Positions 29,447 through 45,597 are shown, counted from the stretch's first letter. The stretch: 64,000 nt of DNA from the human T2T-CHM13v2.0 reference genome, Homo sapiens (GCF_009914755.1 NC_060932.1); one strand, 5' to 3'. The notes: generated by a model from the sequence alone, not told the origin. Program-made: numbers and translations.

Positions 29447-32400
29447 TTGTTTTTATTTTATTTTATTTTATTTTATTTTATTTTATTTTATTTTATTTTA
29501 TTTTATTTTATTATTTTTAATTTCAATTGGTTTTTGGGAAACAGGTGGTGTTTGGTTACATGAATGCGTTCTTTAGTGGTGATTTCTGAGATTTTGGTGC
29601 ACCCATCACCCTAGCAGCATACACTGTAACTAATGTGTGGTCTTTTATCCCTCACCAACCTCCCACCCTTTCCTGTGGGTCCCCAAAGTCCACTGTATTA
29701 TTCTTATGCCTTTGCATTCTCATAGCTTAGCTTCCACTTATGAGTGAGAACATACAATGTTTGGTTTTTCCTTCCTGAGTTAATTCACGTAGAATAATGG
29801 TCTCCAATTCTATCCAGATTGTTGCAAATGCCATTAATTCATTCCTTTTTATGGCTGAATAGTATTCCATGGTATATATACACCATAATTTCTTTATCCA
29901 GTCATTGAATGATGGGCATTTGGGCTGGTTCCATATTTTTGCAGTTGCAAATTGTGCTGCTATAAACACACATATGCAAGTATGTTTTTTGTATAATGAC
30001 TTCTTTTTCCTCTGGGTAGATACACAGTAGTGGGATTGCTGGATCAAGTGGTAACTCTACTTTTAGTCCTTTAAGGAATTGCCACACTGTTTTCTATAGT
30101 GGTTGTACTAGTTTACATTCCCACCAACACTGTATAAGTGATCCCTTTCTACCATATCCATGCCAACATCTATTATTTTTTATTTTTTGATTATAGCCAT
30201 TCTTCCTGGAGTAAGGTGGTATCATATTGTGGTTTTGATTTGCATTTCTCTGATAATTAGTGTTGTTGAGTATTTTTTTATATGTTTCTTGGCCATTTGT
30301 TTATCTTGAGAATTATCTATTCATGTCCTTAGCCCACATTTTGATGAGTTGTTTGTTTTTTTCCTGTTGATTTATTTGAGTTCATTTTAAATTCTGGATA
30401 TTAGTCCTTTGTCAGATGTATAGATTATGAAGATTTTCTCCCACTCTGTGGGTTGTCTGTTTACTCTGTTGACTATTTCTTTTGACATGCAAAAGCTCTT
30501 TAGTTTAGTTTAGTCCCAGCAATTTATCTTTGTTTTTATTGCATTTGCTTTTGGGTTCTTGCTCAGGAAATCCTTGCCTAAGCCAATGTCTAGAAGAGTT
30601 TTTCGAATGTTATCTTCTAGAATTTTTATAGTTTCAGGTCTTAGATTTAAGTTCTTAATCCATCTTGAGTTGATTTTTGTATAAGGTGAGAGATGAGGAT
30701 CCAGTTTCATTCCCATACATGTGGCTAGCTAATTATCCCAGCACCATTTGTAGAAAGGGGTGCACTTTCTCCACTTTAGGTTTTGTTTGCTTTGACAAAG
30801 ATCATTTGGCTGTAAGTATTTGAGTGTATTTCTGGGTTCTGTATTCTGTTCTATTGGTCTATGTGCCTATTTTTATACCAGTACCATGCTGTTTTGGTGA
30901 CTGGCCTTATAGTATAGTTTGAAGCCAGGCAATGTGATACCTCCAGATTTGTTCTTTTTGCTTCGTCTTGCTTTGGCTATGTGGGCTCTTTTTTGATTCC
31001 TTATGAATTTTAGGATTTCCTTTTCTAGTTCTGTGAAAAGTGATGGTAGTATTTTTATAGAAATTTTATTAAATTTATAGATTGCTTTTGGCAGTGTGGT
31101 CATTTTCACAATATTGATTCTATCCATCCATGAGCACGGGATATGTTTCCATTTGTTTGTGTTGTCTATGATTTTTTTCAGGAGTGTTTTGTAGTTTTCC
31201 TTGTAGAGGTCTTTCATCTTGGTTAGATATATTCCTGAGTCATTTTTTTTTCAGCTACCGTAACAGGAGTTGAGTTCTTGATTTGATTCTCAGCTTGGTT
31301 GCTGTTAGTGTATAGCAAAGCTACTGATGTGTGTACATTGATTTTTTATCCTCAAACTTTGATGAATTCATCTGTCAGTTCTAGTAGCTATTTGGATGAG
31401 TCTTTAGAGTTTTCTAGGTGTATAATCATATCATCAGCAAACAGCGACACTTTGACTTTTTCCTTACTGATTTGGATGCCCTTTATTTCTTTCTCTTGTC
31501 TGATCACTCTGGCTAGGACTTCCAGTACTAGGTTGAAGAGAATTGGTGAGAGTGGGCATCGTTGTCTTGTTCCAGTTCTCAGGGGGAATACTTTCAACTT
31601 TTCCCTGTCCAGGGTTATGTTGCCTGTGGGTTTGTCATAGATGGCTTTTATTACATTAAGGTATGTCCCTTCTGTGCCAATTTTGCTAAGAGTTTTAATC
31701 ATAAAGGAATCCTGGATTTTGTCAAATGGGTTTTCTGTGTCTATTGAGATAATCATGTGATTTTTGTTTTTAATTCTGTTTATGGGGTGTAACACATTTA
31801 TTGACTTGTGGATGTTAAACCATTCCTGCTTTTCTGGTATGAAACTTACTTGATCATGGTGGATTAATTTTTTGATGTGTTGGTGAATTCAGTTAGCTAC
31901 TACTTTGTTAAGGATTTTTGCTTCTATATTCATCAGGGATATTCGTCTGTAGCTTCCTTTTTTTGTGCTATGTCCTTTTCTGATGTTTTGGTATTAGGGT
32001 GATACTGGCTTCATAGAATGATTTTCGGAGGATTCCATCTTTCTCTGTAGTTTGGCATGGTGTCAATAGGATTGGTACCAATTCTTCTTTGAATGTCTGA
32101 TAGAATTAAGCTGTGAATCTATCTGGTCCTGGATATTTTTGTGTTGGCAATTTTTTTTAGTTACCATTTCAATCTTGCTTCTTGTTATTGGTCTGTTCAG
32201 AATTTCCATTTCTTCCTTGTTTAATCTAGGAGGGTTATATATTTACAGAAATTTACCCATCTCCTCTAGGTTTTCTAGTTTATGTGTGGAAAGGTGTTCA
32301 TAGTAGCCTTGAATGATCTTTCATATTTCTGTAGTATCAGTTGTTATATCTACCCTTTCATTTCTATTTGAGCTTATTTGGATTCTCTCTCTTCTTTTCT

Positions 32401-35400
32401 TGGTTAATATCACTAATGATCTGTCAATTTTATTTGTTGTTTCACGGAATCAGATTTTTCTTTCATTTATCTTTAGTATTTTTGTTTGTTTCACTTTCAT
32501 TTAGTTCTGCTCTGATCTTTGTCATTTCTTTTCTTCTGATGGGTTTGGGTTTGGTTTGTTCTTGTTTCTCTAGTCCCTTGAGGTGTGATCTTAGATTTTC
32601 TATTTGTGATCTTTCAGACGTTTTGATGCAGGCATTTAGGGCTATGAACCCTCCTCTTAGCACTGCCTTTGTTGTATCCCAGAAGTTTTAATAGATTGTG
32701 TCACTATTATCATTCAGTTTAAATAATTTTTAAAGTTTCCATCTTGATTTCATTGTTGACCCAGTGATTATTCAGGAACAGGTTATTTAATTTCCATGTA
32801 TTTGTATGGTTTTGAGGGTTCCTTTTGGAGTTGATTTTTAATTTTATTCTACTCTGCTCTGAGAGAGTACTTAATATAATTTTAATTATTTATAATTTAT
32901 TGAGACTTATTTCCGGGCTATTATATGGTCTATCTTGGAGAATGTTCCATTTGCTGATGAATAGAATGTACATTCTGCAGTTGTTAGGTAGAATGTTTTG
33001 TAAATATCTGTTAAGTCCATTGTTTCTTTGTTGACTTTCTGTCTCGATACCTGTCTTGATAGTTGATAGTGCTGTCAGTGGAGTATCAGAGTACTCCACT
33101 ATTATCGTGTTGCTGTTTATCTCATTTCTTAGGTCTAGTAGTAATTGTTTTACAAAACTGGGAGCTCCAGTGTTAGGTGCATATGTATTAGGACTGTGAT
33201 ATTTTCTTGTTGGACAAGTCCTTTTGGCATTATATAATGTCCCTCTTTGTCTTTTTTAACTGCTCTTTCTTTGAAGTTTGTTTTGTGTAATGTAAGAATA
33301 GCTATTCCCCCTTGCTTTTGGTGTCTATTTGCCTGGAATATCACTTTCTACTGCTTTACCTTAAGTTTATGTGAGTCCTTATGTATCAAGTGAGTCTTGG
33401 GAAGACAGCAGATACTTGGTTGGTGAATTCTTATCCATTCTACCATTCTGTATCTTTTAATTGGAGCATTTAGGCCATTTACATTCAATGTTAGTATTGA
33501 GATGTGAGGTACTATTCTATTCATTGTGCTATTTGATGTCTGAATACCTTTTTTTAAAAGAGATTATTGGGTTTTTATTTTATAGGTCATGTGAAATTTG
33601 TGCTTTAGGGAGGTTGTATTTTGGTGTATTTCAAAGATTTGTTTCAAGATTTAGAGTACCTTTTGGCAGTTATTGTAGCGCAGGTTTGGTAGTGGTGAAT
33701 TTTCTCAATATATATATTTTAAAAAGACTGTATGTTTATGAAGCTTAGTTTCACTAGATACAAAATTCTTGGCTGATAATTGCTTTGTTTAAGGAGTCTG
33801 AAGATGTGACCCAAATCCCTTCTATCCTGTAGGGTTTCTGCTGAGAAATATGCTGTTAATCTGATAGGTTTTCCTTTACAGATTACCTGGTGCTTTTGCC
33901 TTAGAGATCTTAAGATTGTTTCTTTCATCTTGACTCTAGATAACCTCATGACTATGTGGCTAGATGATGATCTTTTTGCAATTAATTTCACAGGTGTTCT
34001 TTGAACTTCTTGTATTTGAATGTCTAGATCTCCAGCAAGTCCAGGGAAGTTTTCCTCAATTATTTCCTCAAATATGTTTTCTACACTATTATACTTTTCT
34101 TCTTCCTCAGGAAGGCAAATTATTTTTAGGTTTGGTCATTTAACATAATCCCAAAATTCTTGGAGGCTTTGTATATTTTTTTAGTTCTCTTTTCTTTGCC
34201 TTTGTTGGATTGGGTTAATTCAAAAACCCTGTCTTCAAGTTCTGAATGTCTTTCTTCTGCTTGTTCAATTCTGTTGCTGAGACTTTCCAGTGTATTTTGC
34301 ATTTCTCCAAGTGTGTCCTTCATTTCTAGAAGTTGTGACTGTTCTTTATTTATGCTATCTATTTCACTGAAGATTTTTCCTTCATATATTATATGATTTG
34401 TTTGATTTAATTAAGTTGGACTTCACCTTTCTCTGGTACCTTCTTGATTAGCTTAACGATTGACCTTCTGAATTCTTTTTCTGACAAATCAAAGATTTCT
34501 TCTTAGTTTGGATGCATTTCTGGTGAGCTAGTGTGATCTTTTGGGGTATTAAAGAAACTTGTTTTGTCACATTACCAGAATTGTTTTTCTGGTTCCTTCT
34601 CATTTATGTAGACTATGTCAGAGGGAAGATCTGGGGCTCAAGCGCTGTTGTTCAGATGCTTTTGTCCCATGGGGTGCTCCCTTGAAATAGCATTCTCCCC
34701 GTTTTCCTAGGGATGTGGCTTCCTGAGAGCTGAACTGTAGTGCTTGTTATTTCTCTTCTGGATCTAGCCACCCACCGGAGCTACTGGTCTCCAGGCATTA
34801 GAGAGAGTCTGCACAGAGCTCTGTGATGTGAACTGTCTTCAGGTTTCTCAGCCATGGATGCCAGCACCTGTCCCGGTGGAGGTGGCAAGGGAGTGAAGTG
34901 GTTTCTGTGAGGGTCCCTAGTTGTAGTTTTGTTTATTACACTAGTTTTGTGTCTGTTGGCCTCCAGCAGGTGGGACTGTCAAGAGATCATCAGCTGCATA
35001 TGTATAGGGAGGATTAGGTGGGGCCTAGAGCTCTCAAGAGATTATGTCTTTTATCTTCGACTACCAGGGTGGGTAGAGAAACACCATCAGGTGGGGGCAA
35101 GGTTATGCATGTCTGAGCTCAGGCTGTCCTTGAGTGGGGTTTGCTGTGGTTGCTGTCAAGGATGGGGGTGTTGTACTCAGGCCAATGGATTATGTTCCCA
35201 GGGGGATTATGGCTGTCTCTGCTGTGTCATGCATGTCATGAGGGAAGTAGGGGAAAGTCAGAAGTTACAGACCTCTCCCAGCTCCCATAAAGTCCAAATT
35301 ACCAGTCTCACTCCCATCATGCATCCCCCAACAGCACCAAGTTCATTTCCAGGCAGCAGGTCAGCAGGGCTGAGAACTTGCCCCAAGCTGCAAGTCTCCC

Positions 35401-35706
35401 AGCTGAGAACGCAAGCAGGGCTTTCAGGTTTCACACCTCCCCTCTTGCCGCAGCTTCTTTGCTGTGTCTGCAATTGTGATTCACCACCCCCCTCGCTGGG
35501 TTCTGTCCTGGAAACTTCACATTCAGTCCAAATTGTTACAAAGTTCAGCTGGAAGTTTTCTTCTCCCTGTAATCTTTTCCCAGTTCCTCTGGCAGCACTC
35601 CCCAAGGACCTCTGTGAGACAAAGTCAGAAATGGCTTCCCTGGGGATGGAGGGAGCCTACAAAACTCTTCCCACTGCTTCTTCTACCCCTCTATTTCGCT
35701 CAGCCC
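29447..35706 (-). mobile_element. Near-full-length L1PB1 (~6.2 kb, truncated in the 5'UTR) with a (TAAAA)n tail
   Basis: Diagnostic GGAAACAGGTGGTGTTTGGTTACATG...TTTAGTGGTGATTTCTGAG; ORF2 pieces (LFADDM at 31388-31795), ORF1 pieces (33719-34323) and a GC-rich UTR. Confidence 0.92.
29451..29518. repeat. (ATTTT)n pentanucleotide derived from the L1 tail
   Basis: About 12 near-perfect units. Confidence 0.95.
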
Positions 35707-36789
35707 TGTGTGTTTTTGTTCCACATCATTCAGTTTTTGGATTTACTGCTTTCCTCATTAACTTCTCCCAGAAATTTATGGCACTTACATCTGGAATTGC
35801 TCAAAGTGCCTTAATTACCAAATAAATATCATCCTGTTGCCAAATGTAGATTCCGTAGTATTTATGTGTTCATAGGGGTGTGGGTATTGAATAGAGCTGC
35901 CAGCCTGTAGGTTGCTCAGTCTCTCTTTCTGTCTAGAGTGTGGTAGTCTATGTTCTATTGAAATATAACTACTTATATTGGGAGTACAAAGTTTTCTTCC
36001 ATTAAGCGAAGCATGTTGCAAACAATTCTGTGTTATGAAAACTATAATTATGATCCTGATTTGTTTTAATTTATAAGCTTGATTAATTATTATTCAATTC
36101 TAACTTAACTTTACACTCTAATAATGAAATGTTAATTAATGGCAGACTATTTACAATGCTTTGAGAAGACCTGAAGTTTGCATTATATACCCTCCAAGGA
36201 GAAATATAGGAATGGGGAGGAGGCAGATGTCTTGTCTTGTGGGACCTCACTACAGTTTGGGGTGAATGTTAACAGGTGTATAAAGCAACAATCCCCACAG
36301 GAAAGACTAGAATTTGAAGTAAAAGCTCAGTAATTAAAAAGGCTGTGTAAGTCCATAAATGTACAGCAAGGAGAATTGTTGTTTATGGAGTTCCAACTGC
36401 TGAACCTTTGGGTATGTTAGATGCAGTTTAGAATACCGAGTATGTGTACACATTAATATATACACATTGTGATTTTCACTCCCATCATCTTAATATTTCT
36501 TCAAATTTTTCTGCCCTAAACATCAAATATATACCTTTTTCAATAAAATACGAGTGAGAAATTGGTAAAGCACATTTCTCTGATAGTATAGGTCAGATTA
36601 TTATGAGGATGGCATAGGTTGCTGAAAAATTCCATGTAGTATTCCTGTATGTGCTCTCACCCTGAAACAAAGGAAATGAATGATTTGAGAATATAGTGAA
36701 GGTCTTTGAAAAGAAATGAAATTGTGCTAAGTCAGAGGTAACTCTGGCTCCCACCAGGAGCACAGACTCTTATTCAGAGGAAAAGATAG

Positions 36790-38412
<1,623 letters not shown>

Positions 38413-38434
38413 CAGAGCAGGATTTTTTTAAAAA

Positions 38435-39076
38435 ATTTATTTTTGATTATTATGGGTAGATGATAGTTGTACTTATTTATGGGGTACATGTGATGCTTTG
38501 ATATGTATGTACAATGCATCATGATCAAATCAGGATGGTTGATGGATCCATCATCTCAGGCATTTATCATTTCTTTGTGTTAGGAACATTTCAATTCCAC
38601 TCAGTTATTTCAAACTACACAATAAATTATTATTAACTTTATTCATCCCATTGTGCTACTTAACACTAGATGTTATTGATTCTACCTAACTGCATTTTTA
38701 TACCCTTTAACCGTACTCACTTAAACCCCCCCCACCCAACTACCCTTCCCAGCCTCTGGAAACTGTCATTCTACTCTCTATCTCCATGAGTTTGTTTGCT
38801 TGTTTGTTTTAATCTCCCAGATATGAGTGAGAAGATGTGATATTTGTCTCTTTGTGTCTGGCTTATTTCAGTTACATAATGTCTTCCAATTCCATCCATG
38901 TTGTTGCAAATGATAGGATCTCATCCTTTTTATGGCTGAATAATATATGTGCATGTATATTATTGTGTATTTGTACACAATATTCCATTGTGTATATGCA
39001 CACATATTTTCTTGATCCATTCATCTGTTTTTATGAGCACTTAGGTTGATTCCATATCTTGGCTATTGTGAGTAGT
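38435..39076 (-). mobile_element. 5'-truncated L1MA2/3-like
   Basis: TATTTATGGGGTACATGTGAT...CATTTCTTTGTGTTAGGAACATT; flanked by GAG[C/A]AGGATTTTTT(T)AAAA. Confidence 0.85.
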
Positions 39077-41520
39077 GAGAAGGATTTTTTAAAACAAATT
39101 AACTTCTTTTAAAAAGAGAAAGAAGAGAGACTTTTGAAAGCACTGAAGCAATAGCAGGGACCTAGAACTTTAAGATAAACTATTATTCCAATTGGGAGGG
39201 AGAAGCCTGTCATCACGATGGACCATGTTTAGCCAACGCAAATGCTCTTCATGTTATTTCGCTTTCCTGATCTGAGAGAAGAAAGGTCTGAGAGCTAGAT
39301 CCTGGCAGGCATGTCATGCTTGCTGAATTTTTTCCCCCTGTGGCATGAGAGGTCTTTCTGGGGAGCCCCAGATAGGAGTGTTAGCTAAGATCTGTAGAAA
39401 AACTATACCTAGTAGGAAAAGCTGGAAATTTTGGAGGTTTTGCAAGTCCAGAGATAGAAATAATTCCAAACCTCTACAAAATCACACAACTTGATGCCGC
39501 CTATTGTCTCAGTCATTCCTGGTGCAGAGGCTTTTTAAATGTCAGAATGATGGCAGAGGGTAAAATCTATAGGAACATGTTGTTAAATTATAACTAGCCT
39601 GAACATACACTTTAGAATTTTAAAAGTTGCATTTGCCTTTTTTTAAAAACTTTGGTATTCTTTATCTAATAGAAAATGTTAGAGATATTTGAGTTATTTA
39701 TGTAAATGTATTATAAAGAATGTGTTATGAAATGTATTATGAAGACAGACACTCACTTAAGATTGATTAAATATTCTGTGAATGGCTTTAGATTTGGTAA
39801 TTCTTTTCACTGGTATTAATTAAATGATTAGTACAATACATAAAGAATGTCATTTTGTGGCAGGAATCATAAACTGCATCCCCAGAAATCTTGAGATTCT
39901 TAGAGGTAGTCCGAGGCTAACCTATCTAAAGTGAATATGACTATTCCAGCATTATCATTTACCACCCACTGGAATCCATTGTTTTTTTATTCTTCACACT
40001 AATGCACTCAGGATTTAGAAAGCATGGTTGCAAAAGAGTAATAAACTCTGACTCTTCAAAGAATACAACATTAGCATTCATTCATTCATTCATTCAGTAT
40101 AATCATTTGAATTTTCATAGATTATATAATGTATGTAAGGCAAAGTGTTTGGGACCAGAGACAAATGATAAAAGTAATAGAGACACTGCATATTTAAATG
40201 CCACACTTCATACAGAATCACCTTATACCTGTATCTCCTGGAAGGGCGTATGCTACCTGAATTTATTTTTCATTACAGTTTTTAAGGATGGTTATGATTA
40301 CTATTAACTACCTGGAGATGAGATCAATTGTCACAATAATAAATTGGTTTTCAAGATGTGGAGTAATTGTGATAAATATTATGGAAGAGACAGGTCTAAT
40401 AGAAACTTCCAAGAAATTGTGTCATTTTTCAATAACTCAGAAACAAACATATGAAGATAATTCAATCATTAAAATTAAACTAAATAAGATGAATATTCAA
40501 CATGGAGTTGGAGGCAGTGGCATGGGTGCAACACAAGTGTAGATGTGGGAAAATAATTGACACGCACTGGAGACAGTGTTTCTTTCATAAGAACACAAAC
40601 AAAACAGAAACCTGCTATGCACTAACAGTGATTGCTCTATGACTTCATGCTATGAAACTGCAGGTAGCCAGGAAATTTCACAGCTTATTCCAGGCAAGCA
40701 GAATTGAATATACTAATGTGGCCTTGAAATCAATACAAGCATTTCTGTGCTATGAAAGCACATTAGTTCATTCATCTCCTAGGGCGTGAGCACTATATAT
40801 TTCAAGGTTTCACATCAATCTTATGGATGGAAAAAATACTGACAGCAAAATTGTCATCAATCTGCTCTTGAATATACTTGGTGATTTGTTGGAAAAAATC
40901 ATTAAATGGTTATTTCTGATATTTCTGGAGAATAAGAATAATAAATAATCAGAGAGATCTATATTGTAACAGTTTTAACGATCCATCATTTTAGAAAATA
41001 TCAATGAGAGTCAACATATAATGTGAATGGGTTCAGTGGATCTTATTTATACCATCTGACATGTGTGCAATGAAAATATATATTAATGCCCCAGCTGAGA
41101 TTCTAAGCCCAATATCTAGTCATCCATGTCTTGATATTAGCACTTATAATGTTCTAGGGAGATGGCGCCTTTTGGGTTCTGAGAAATGAATGACACAAAT
41201 GGATATATAATTAGAAAAACATGAGAATGGGAAGATTTAACAAAATCCAGATAAGTAAAAAACAAGTATACCTCTAATAATATCATTCAAGCACTGGAGA
41301 CAAAGATACGAAGTATTAGGGAAAAAAAAAGTGATCCAGGGAAACGCTTTCTGAGCACTGTGCTAACTTTACAGGGAAGACCTGAGAAGACTTGGATGTC
41401 TTAATTAATGGCTGCTATTAGCATATTACCAATCAAATATTGCTGGCCCATTTAGATGAACTGATCTTTCCTGTCATCATTTGGAATTCCCAGCTAAGTG
41501 AAATATTTGAATTAATAAAT

Positions 41521-41945
41521 TGTCTCCAGTTGTCAGCTGGGTCCTCTGAGAACCAGGAGGAGGTTCCATGTGCAAGAAACTGAGGAATGTCTGCTGGGAA
41601 TAAAGGGAACAGGAGTGGTGTAGGCAGATACCTGGAGACTCTCATGCAGGGGAAATGTCTGTGAAAGACAGAGGGAAGGAAGGAAGCTTGGTTCTGAACA
41701 TGGTTCTAAGAAAGTCTCCCCAGCCGAGCAGGGCATTGCCCTGAAAGGCTGCCTGTCGGCAGATGTGTATGCTGGGCAGAACCATCAGCTTTGCTGTCAT
41801 GCCTGCTTGGTCACCACCTGGGGCAGCCACTGTGGGTGGTCTCAGTCTGAGCCGCAAAGAGACCCAGGGCATGACCATAGAGGCACCAGGGAGGGTGCCC
41901 CTGCCCAGGCCAGGGATGCTGAGCAGGTCATCCCCATGGCCACCA
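41521..41945 (-). mobile_element. LTR16/LTR33-type ERVL LTR
   Basis: GGGTCCTCTGAGAA...CTGTGAAAG...GGGAAGGAAGG...CCATGGCCACCA. Confidence 0.65.
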
Positions 41946-44564
41946 TCCTCCCTCTCATACACACAGATACACCTGTGCTCTTAAGGGCATCCCAGGACAT
42001 ACTAGGAGCTCATCCACAGAAAAGAAGGAAGACAACACAAATAGGACCGGGATGGACATGCTCTCATGTGAGATGATATGTAGAGTAAAAGCTGAGCATT
42101 GAATAAGGCCTGAAATGTCATCTATTGGTGTTGCTCAGGTGACAGGTGACAGAAACACAATGGAAATCAGTATAAGCAGAAAGAGGCCCAGGATAGCACA
42201 TATCTAGTGCAGGCAGAATGAACAGAGGCACAACAAGGTACACGTGTTTTTCACCACACTGACTTCATTTTCCAGTGGGATCTGTCTTTCTAGCCCTTAT
42301 CCCCCACATACAAAAAGCTCAGGCAAAGACTTGGCCTCCGAGATGAAGTGGCAGTCTCACTTCTGAACAGAGCACTGTGAGGATTGCAGTGGAGTGCTCT
42401 GATCATTTCTTCTTAAATCATCGGTCCCCTTTCAAGTAAAGGGGAAATATGCAATTTCTGCAAAATCAGAGAACTGGAAATAATGACTATGGGGTGAGGG
42501 AAGGGTGGGTTCCCTCAGGAAAAGGAGTCTTGGCAGGAAAAAAGAAATAGGAGTATTAGATGCGGAGAAGAGAATGAGGGAGGAACTGCAGAGCAAGACT
42601 TTTAGTTTGTGCTCGTGGGTGTAGGGGGATAAAATAGATATCTAGCAGATACTAGACATCTGCTGCTGCCAAAAATACAGGGGATGTCTGACAAATGATC
42701 TACAGGCATGGAAGCCATCCAGATTCTTTTTAGAAGATAGCCTAGACAGAGATGAGGCTGGCACATTGGTTGACCTACACCTCAATAGCCAGTGCTAACA
42801 GCAATGTGCATACACTATACATTTGGGAACCATTTTTTTATAGGTGTTTTCATTGAAGAAATAAATTCAAACATTGCCAGAGGAAGTATCTGTAAATCAT
42901 ATCAATGATCTGTACACATATATAAGTTTACCATATAAGACAATACTCAGAAGGCAACATCATCAGATTCCCCCTCAAAACAATAAAAAAGAAACAATTA
43001 CTCTAAATCAAATCTAAAAATAATTATAAAATTGTCAAACAGAAACAGCAAATCAAAATCTAAATAAGAGCAGTATATAAATACGATATTAAAAAGTAGA
43101 AGGGAAAAAACATATAATTTTTTATTTGACTTGTTCATTTGATTCCAAAATCCAAAGGCTTTTGTAAAAACTTTGAATTTTAAAGTTAAAATTCTACAAC
43201 TTATTAAGGGATTGGTCCTAGAGAGAATGAATAGCCATGAGTAAGGTCAATGTTTGGGACTTTGTTTTGATTTCAGTCTTAATTTTAATATCATATTCGT
43301 AATGTAATACAGCCATTGGCATTTTACATTTAAATGTCTCAATAAAATTTAATGCCCACAATTATATAGTCTATTTATTCTTTGATGAAATATCAGTTTA
43401 CAATAATATTTCCATACACATATTTCTTAAATTAAGTACAGTCACAACCATTAATCTAACTAAAATTATTTTTATTTATACTCTTTCCCTACAGAATAAA
43501 TTTTTATGTATCCACTATATAAAGTTTATGCTTCTTTATAAAGTCAATTAAAATATAGAAAGTAGTAAATAAAATGTATTAATATCTAGAATATTTTATA
43601 AATTAAAACATATTTCAAATGTGTGGGTTTTTAAAAAATACTTTTGTAGTATGTATATTAGTCATATATTTAAGAATTTTTTAAATTCTAACATTTAGTT
43701 TCATAATTTGTCCCTATCAAATATAAAATTATTTTTGGCATGATCTTTTGGTCTTTAAATCTCTCATTACTGAAAATATTTTAGCCTCATGAATGTAAAA
43801 ACATGTACTTATAATTCATAAATCTCTCTTGAGTACTGTATATGAGATTTTTGCGTTGTAAAGCAAATGTTCATTACTTCTCTTGAGTATCAATTTCTTC
43901 TAGTGGATGGAATTGAGGACAAACTAAACACTCATTTGATAACCCCAGGTGTTATTCCTCCCCTGTGATTACCAATGGAGAGAAGGAATAGCCTGCGTAT
44001 TTGGCAATATCAAAACCTACTTAGATCTTGTGTGTTTATTCAGATAATCACAAAAATAGCCAGGGACCGCATACCACGTTGAACAGATACTGGATATTTC
44101 TTTCAATGTTACTAACACGAGTGCTGTCTTCCATTCAAATCACAACACTGTACTTCCAGTAGTTCAAAAATATTGTATTATCTATTTGAATTTGTCTCTT
44201 CTTTTTACCCACTGGGGAGTCTATCAAGCTGTAAAGAATTACCCTGCCAAGAGAAGCTGCTGAGACTTAAAATTTGCAAAAAGCATTGGAGTAGACTGTG
44301 CATGCTCTGGCAAAATCTGTCTGTGCAATGGCTGGTTTCTGTCAAGCATCTGTATATTAGAACATAATATGCCAAACACCTGAACATTTGGAAAGACCAG
44401 TAACTATGAATCTTTTAAATGTGCCAAAAGAAAAAAGTAAAAAAGAGAACAGCTGAGCATTGTATAAAAATTATTCAGAGTGAGTGAGAGAGAACATTTT
44501 AGAATATTTTATGGAGCTCTCTGTGTCACTGCCTGCCATTTTATTCTCCAGGATTCCTCTAAGG

Positions 44565-44714
44565 CTGTGGTTCTCAAACGTTGATGTGGATCAGACTCTC
44601 CTAGGGAGTCAAAAAAGACATGGAGATCCAAGCTATGGGAGCACGATGGAGGCTGGTGTTTGCATTTCCAGGCTCCTCAGGTGGTCCTGAGACATACCTG
44701 TTTCAGAAGCACTG
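44565..44714. mobile_element. MER5A-like hAT MITE
   Basis: GTGGTTCTCAAA...TGCATTT...CAGGTG...AGAAGCACTG terminal inverted repeats. Confidence 0.7.
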
Positions 44715-45597
44715 TTTACATGTGGTGCTTGAGATGATTAAAGTGGCACCTGTGAGCTTCTAAGATATTCTTTCAGGAATATGATGAGAACATGGAGAAG
44801 AGCTACAGGGAATCACACTTAGATATAAAACTGTATTTATTTATTATAATTCACTTATTTATCAATACTGCCACTCCCTATTTATTGGTTGTCTTTCTGG
44901 TTCATTTGTTCTTCACACACCTAAACTCTAAAACAGGGAAAAGTAGCTTGGGCTGCCTGTCTCTCTAGAGAACATAAGCATGGGCTGCGTATCACTCACG
45001 CCCACACAGGCATTTCCGCGGGATAGTCTGAAATTCTTCATGTCAAAGAGTTACTCCATTCCATCTAATCACACACATGCTATTTCTCTGATTGAACTTG
45101 ACTATCACTTGATTGTTTTTAAATGTTAGAGATACGAAATATAATTCTAAACTTGTAGCTCATTTGAATGATTTAATTGTAACAACTGAGATAAAAGCCC
45201 CAATTTGGCAGAGTTGACTGACTTATTATAAATGTAATACAAAGCTAATACATTTCTTAGGACATCACTAGTGTCATTTTAAAAATTGTTTAGCATAACT
45301 GTTGTTTGTTTATGGTTCATAAGATGTTGATCTCTTACAGCATGACGATATCCTGGTATGTGCTCGTTGCCATCAGTATCTCAATAATGTTACTAAATAA
45401 GCGAACTCACCAGTATTTTGTCCCTTAAGCATACATTAGAACATAAAGGTTTTAGAATAATATAGGTCCAAAGATAACTTAGATATATATTTTTTGAAGT
45501 ATCTAAACTCTTCTAAATTTAAATCTTTTTTCTTTAGTCCTTTTCTCTCATATGAGTGCAATGGTGAAACTCTACCAACAATGCTGAGATGTATACT

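Noticed and set aside
29299-29576. Hydrophobic FILFY-repeat ORFs
   Set aside because: Translation of the (ATTTT)n L1 tail.
29447-35706. Intact full-length L1
   Set aside because: ORF1 and ORF2 are broken into many short frames, and the subfamily is extinct.
41433-42076. GC-rich patch with several ORFs resembling an exon
   Set aside because: Explained by an LTR16/33-type LTR.
44205-44387. 60-aa minus-strand ORF as a micropeptide
   Set aside because: Length expected by chance and no recognisable homology; retained only as part of the speculative transcript.
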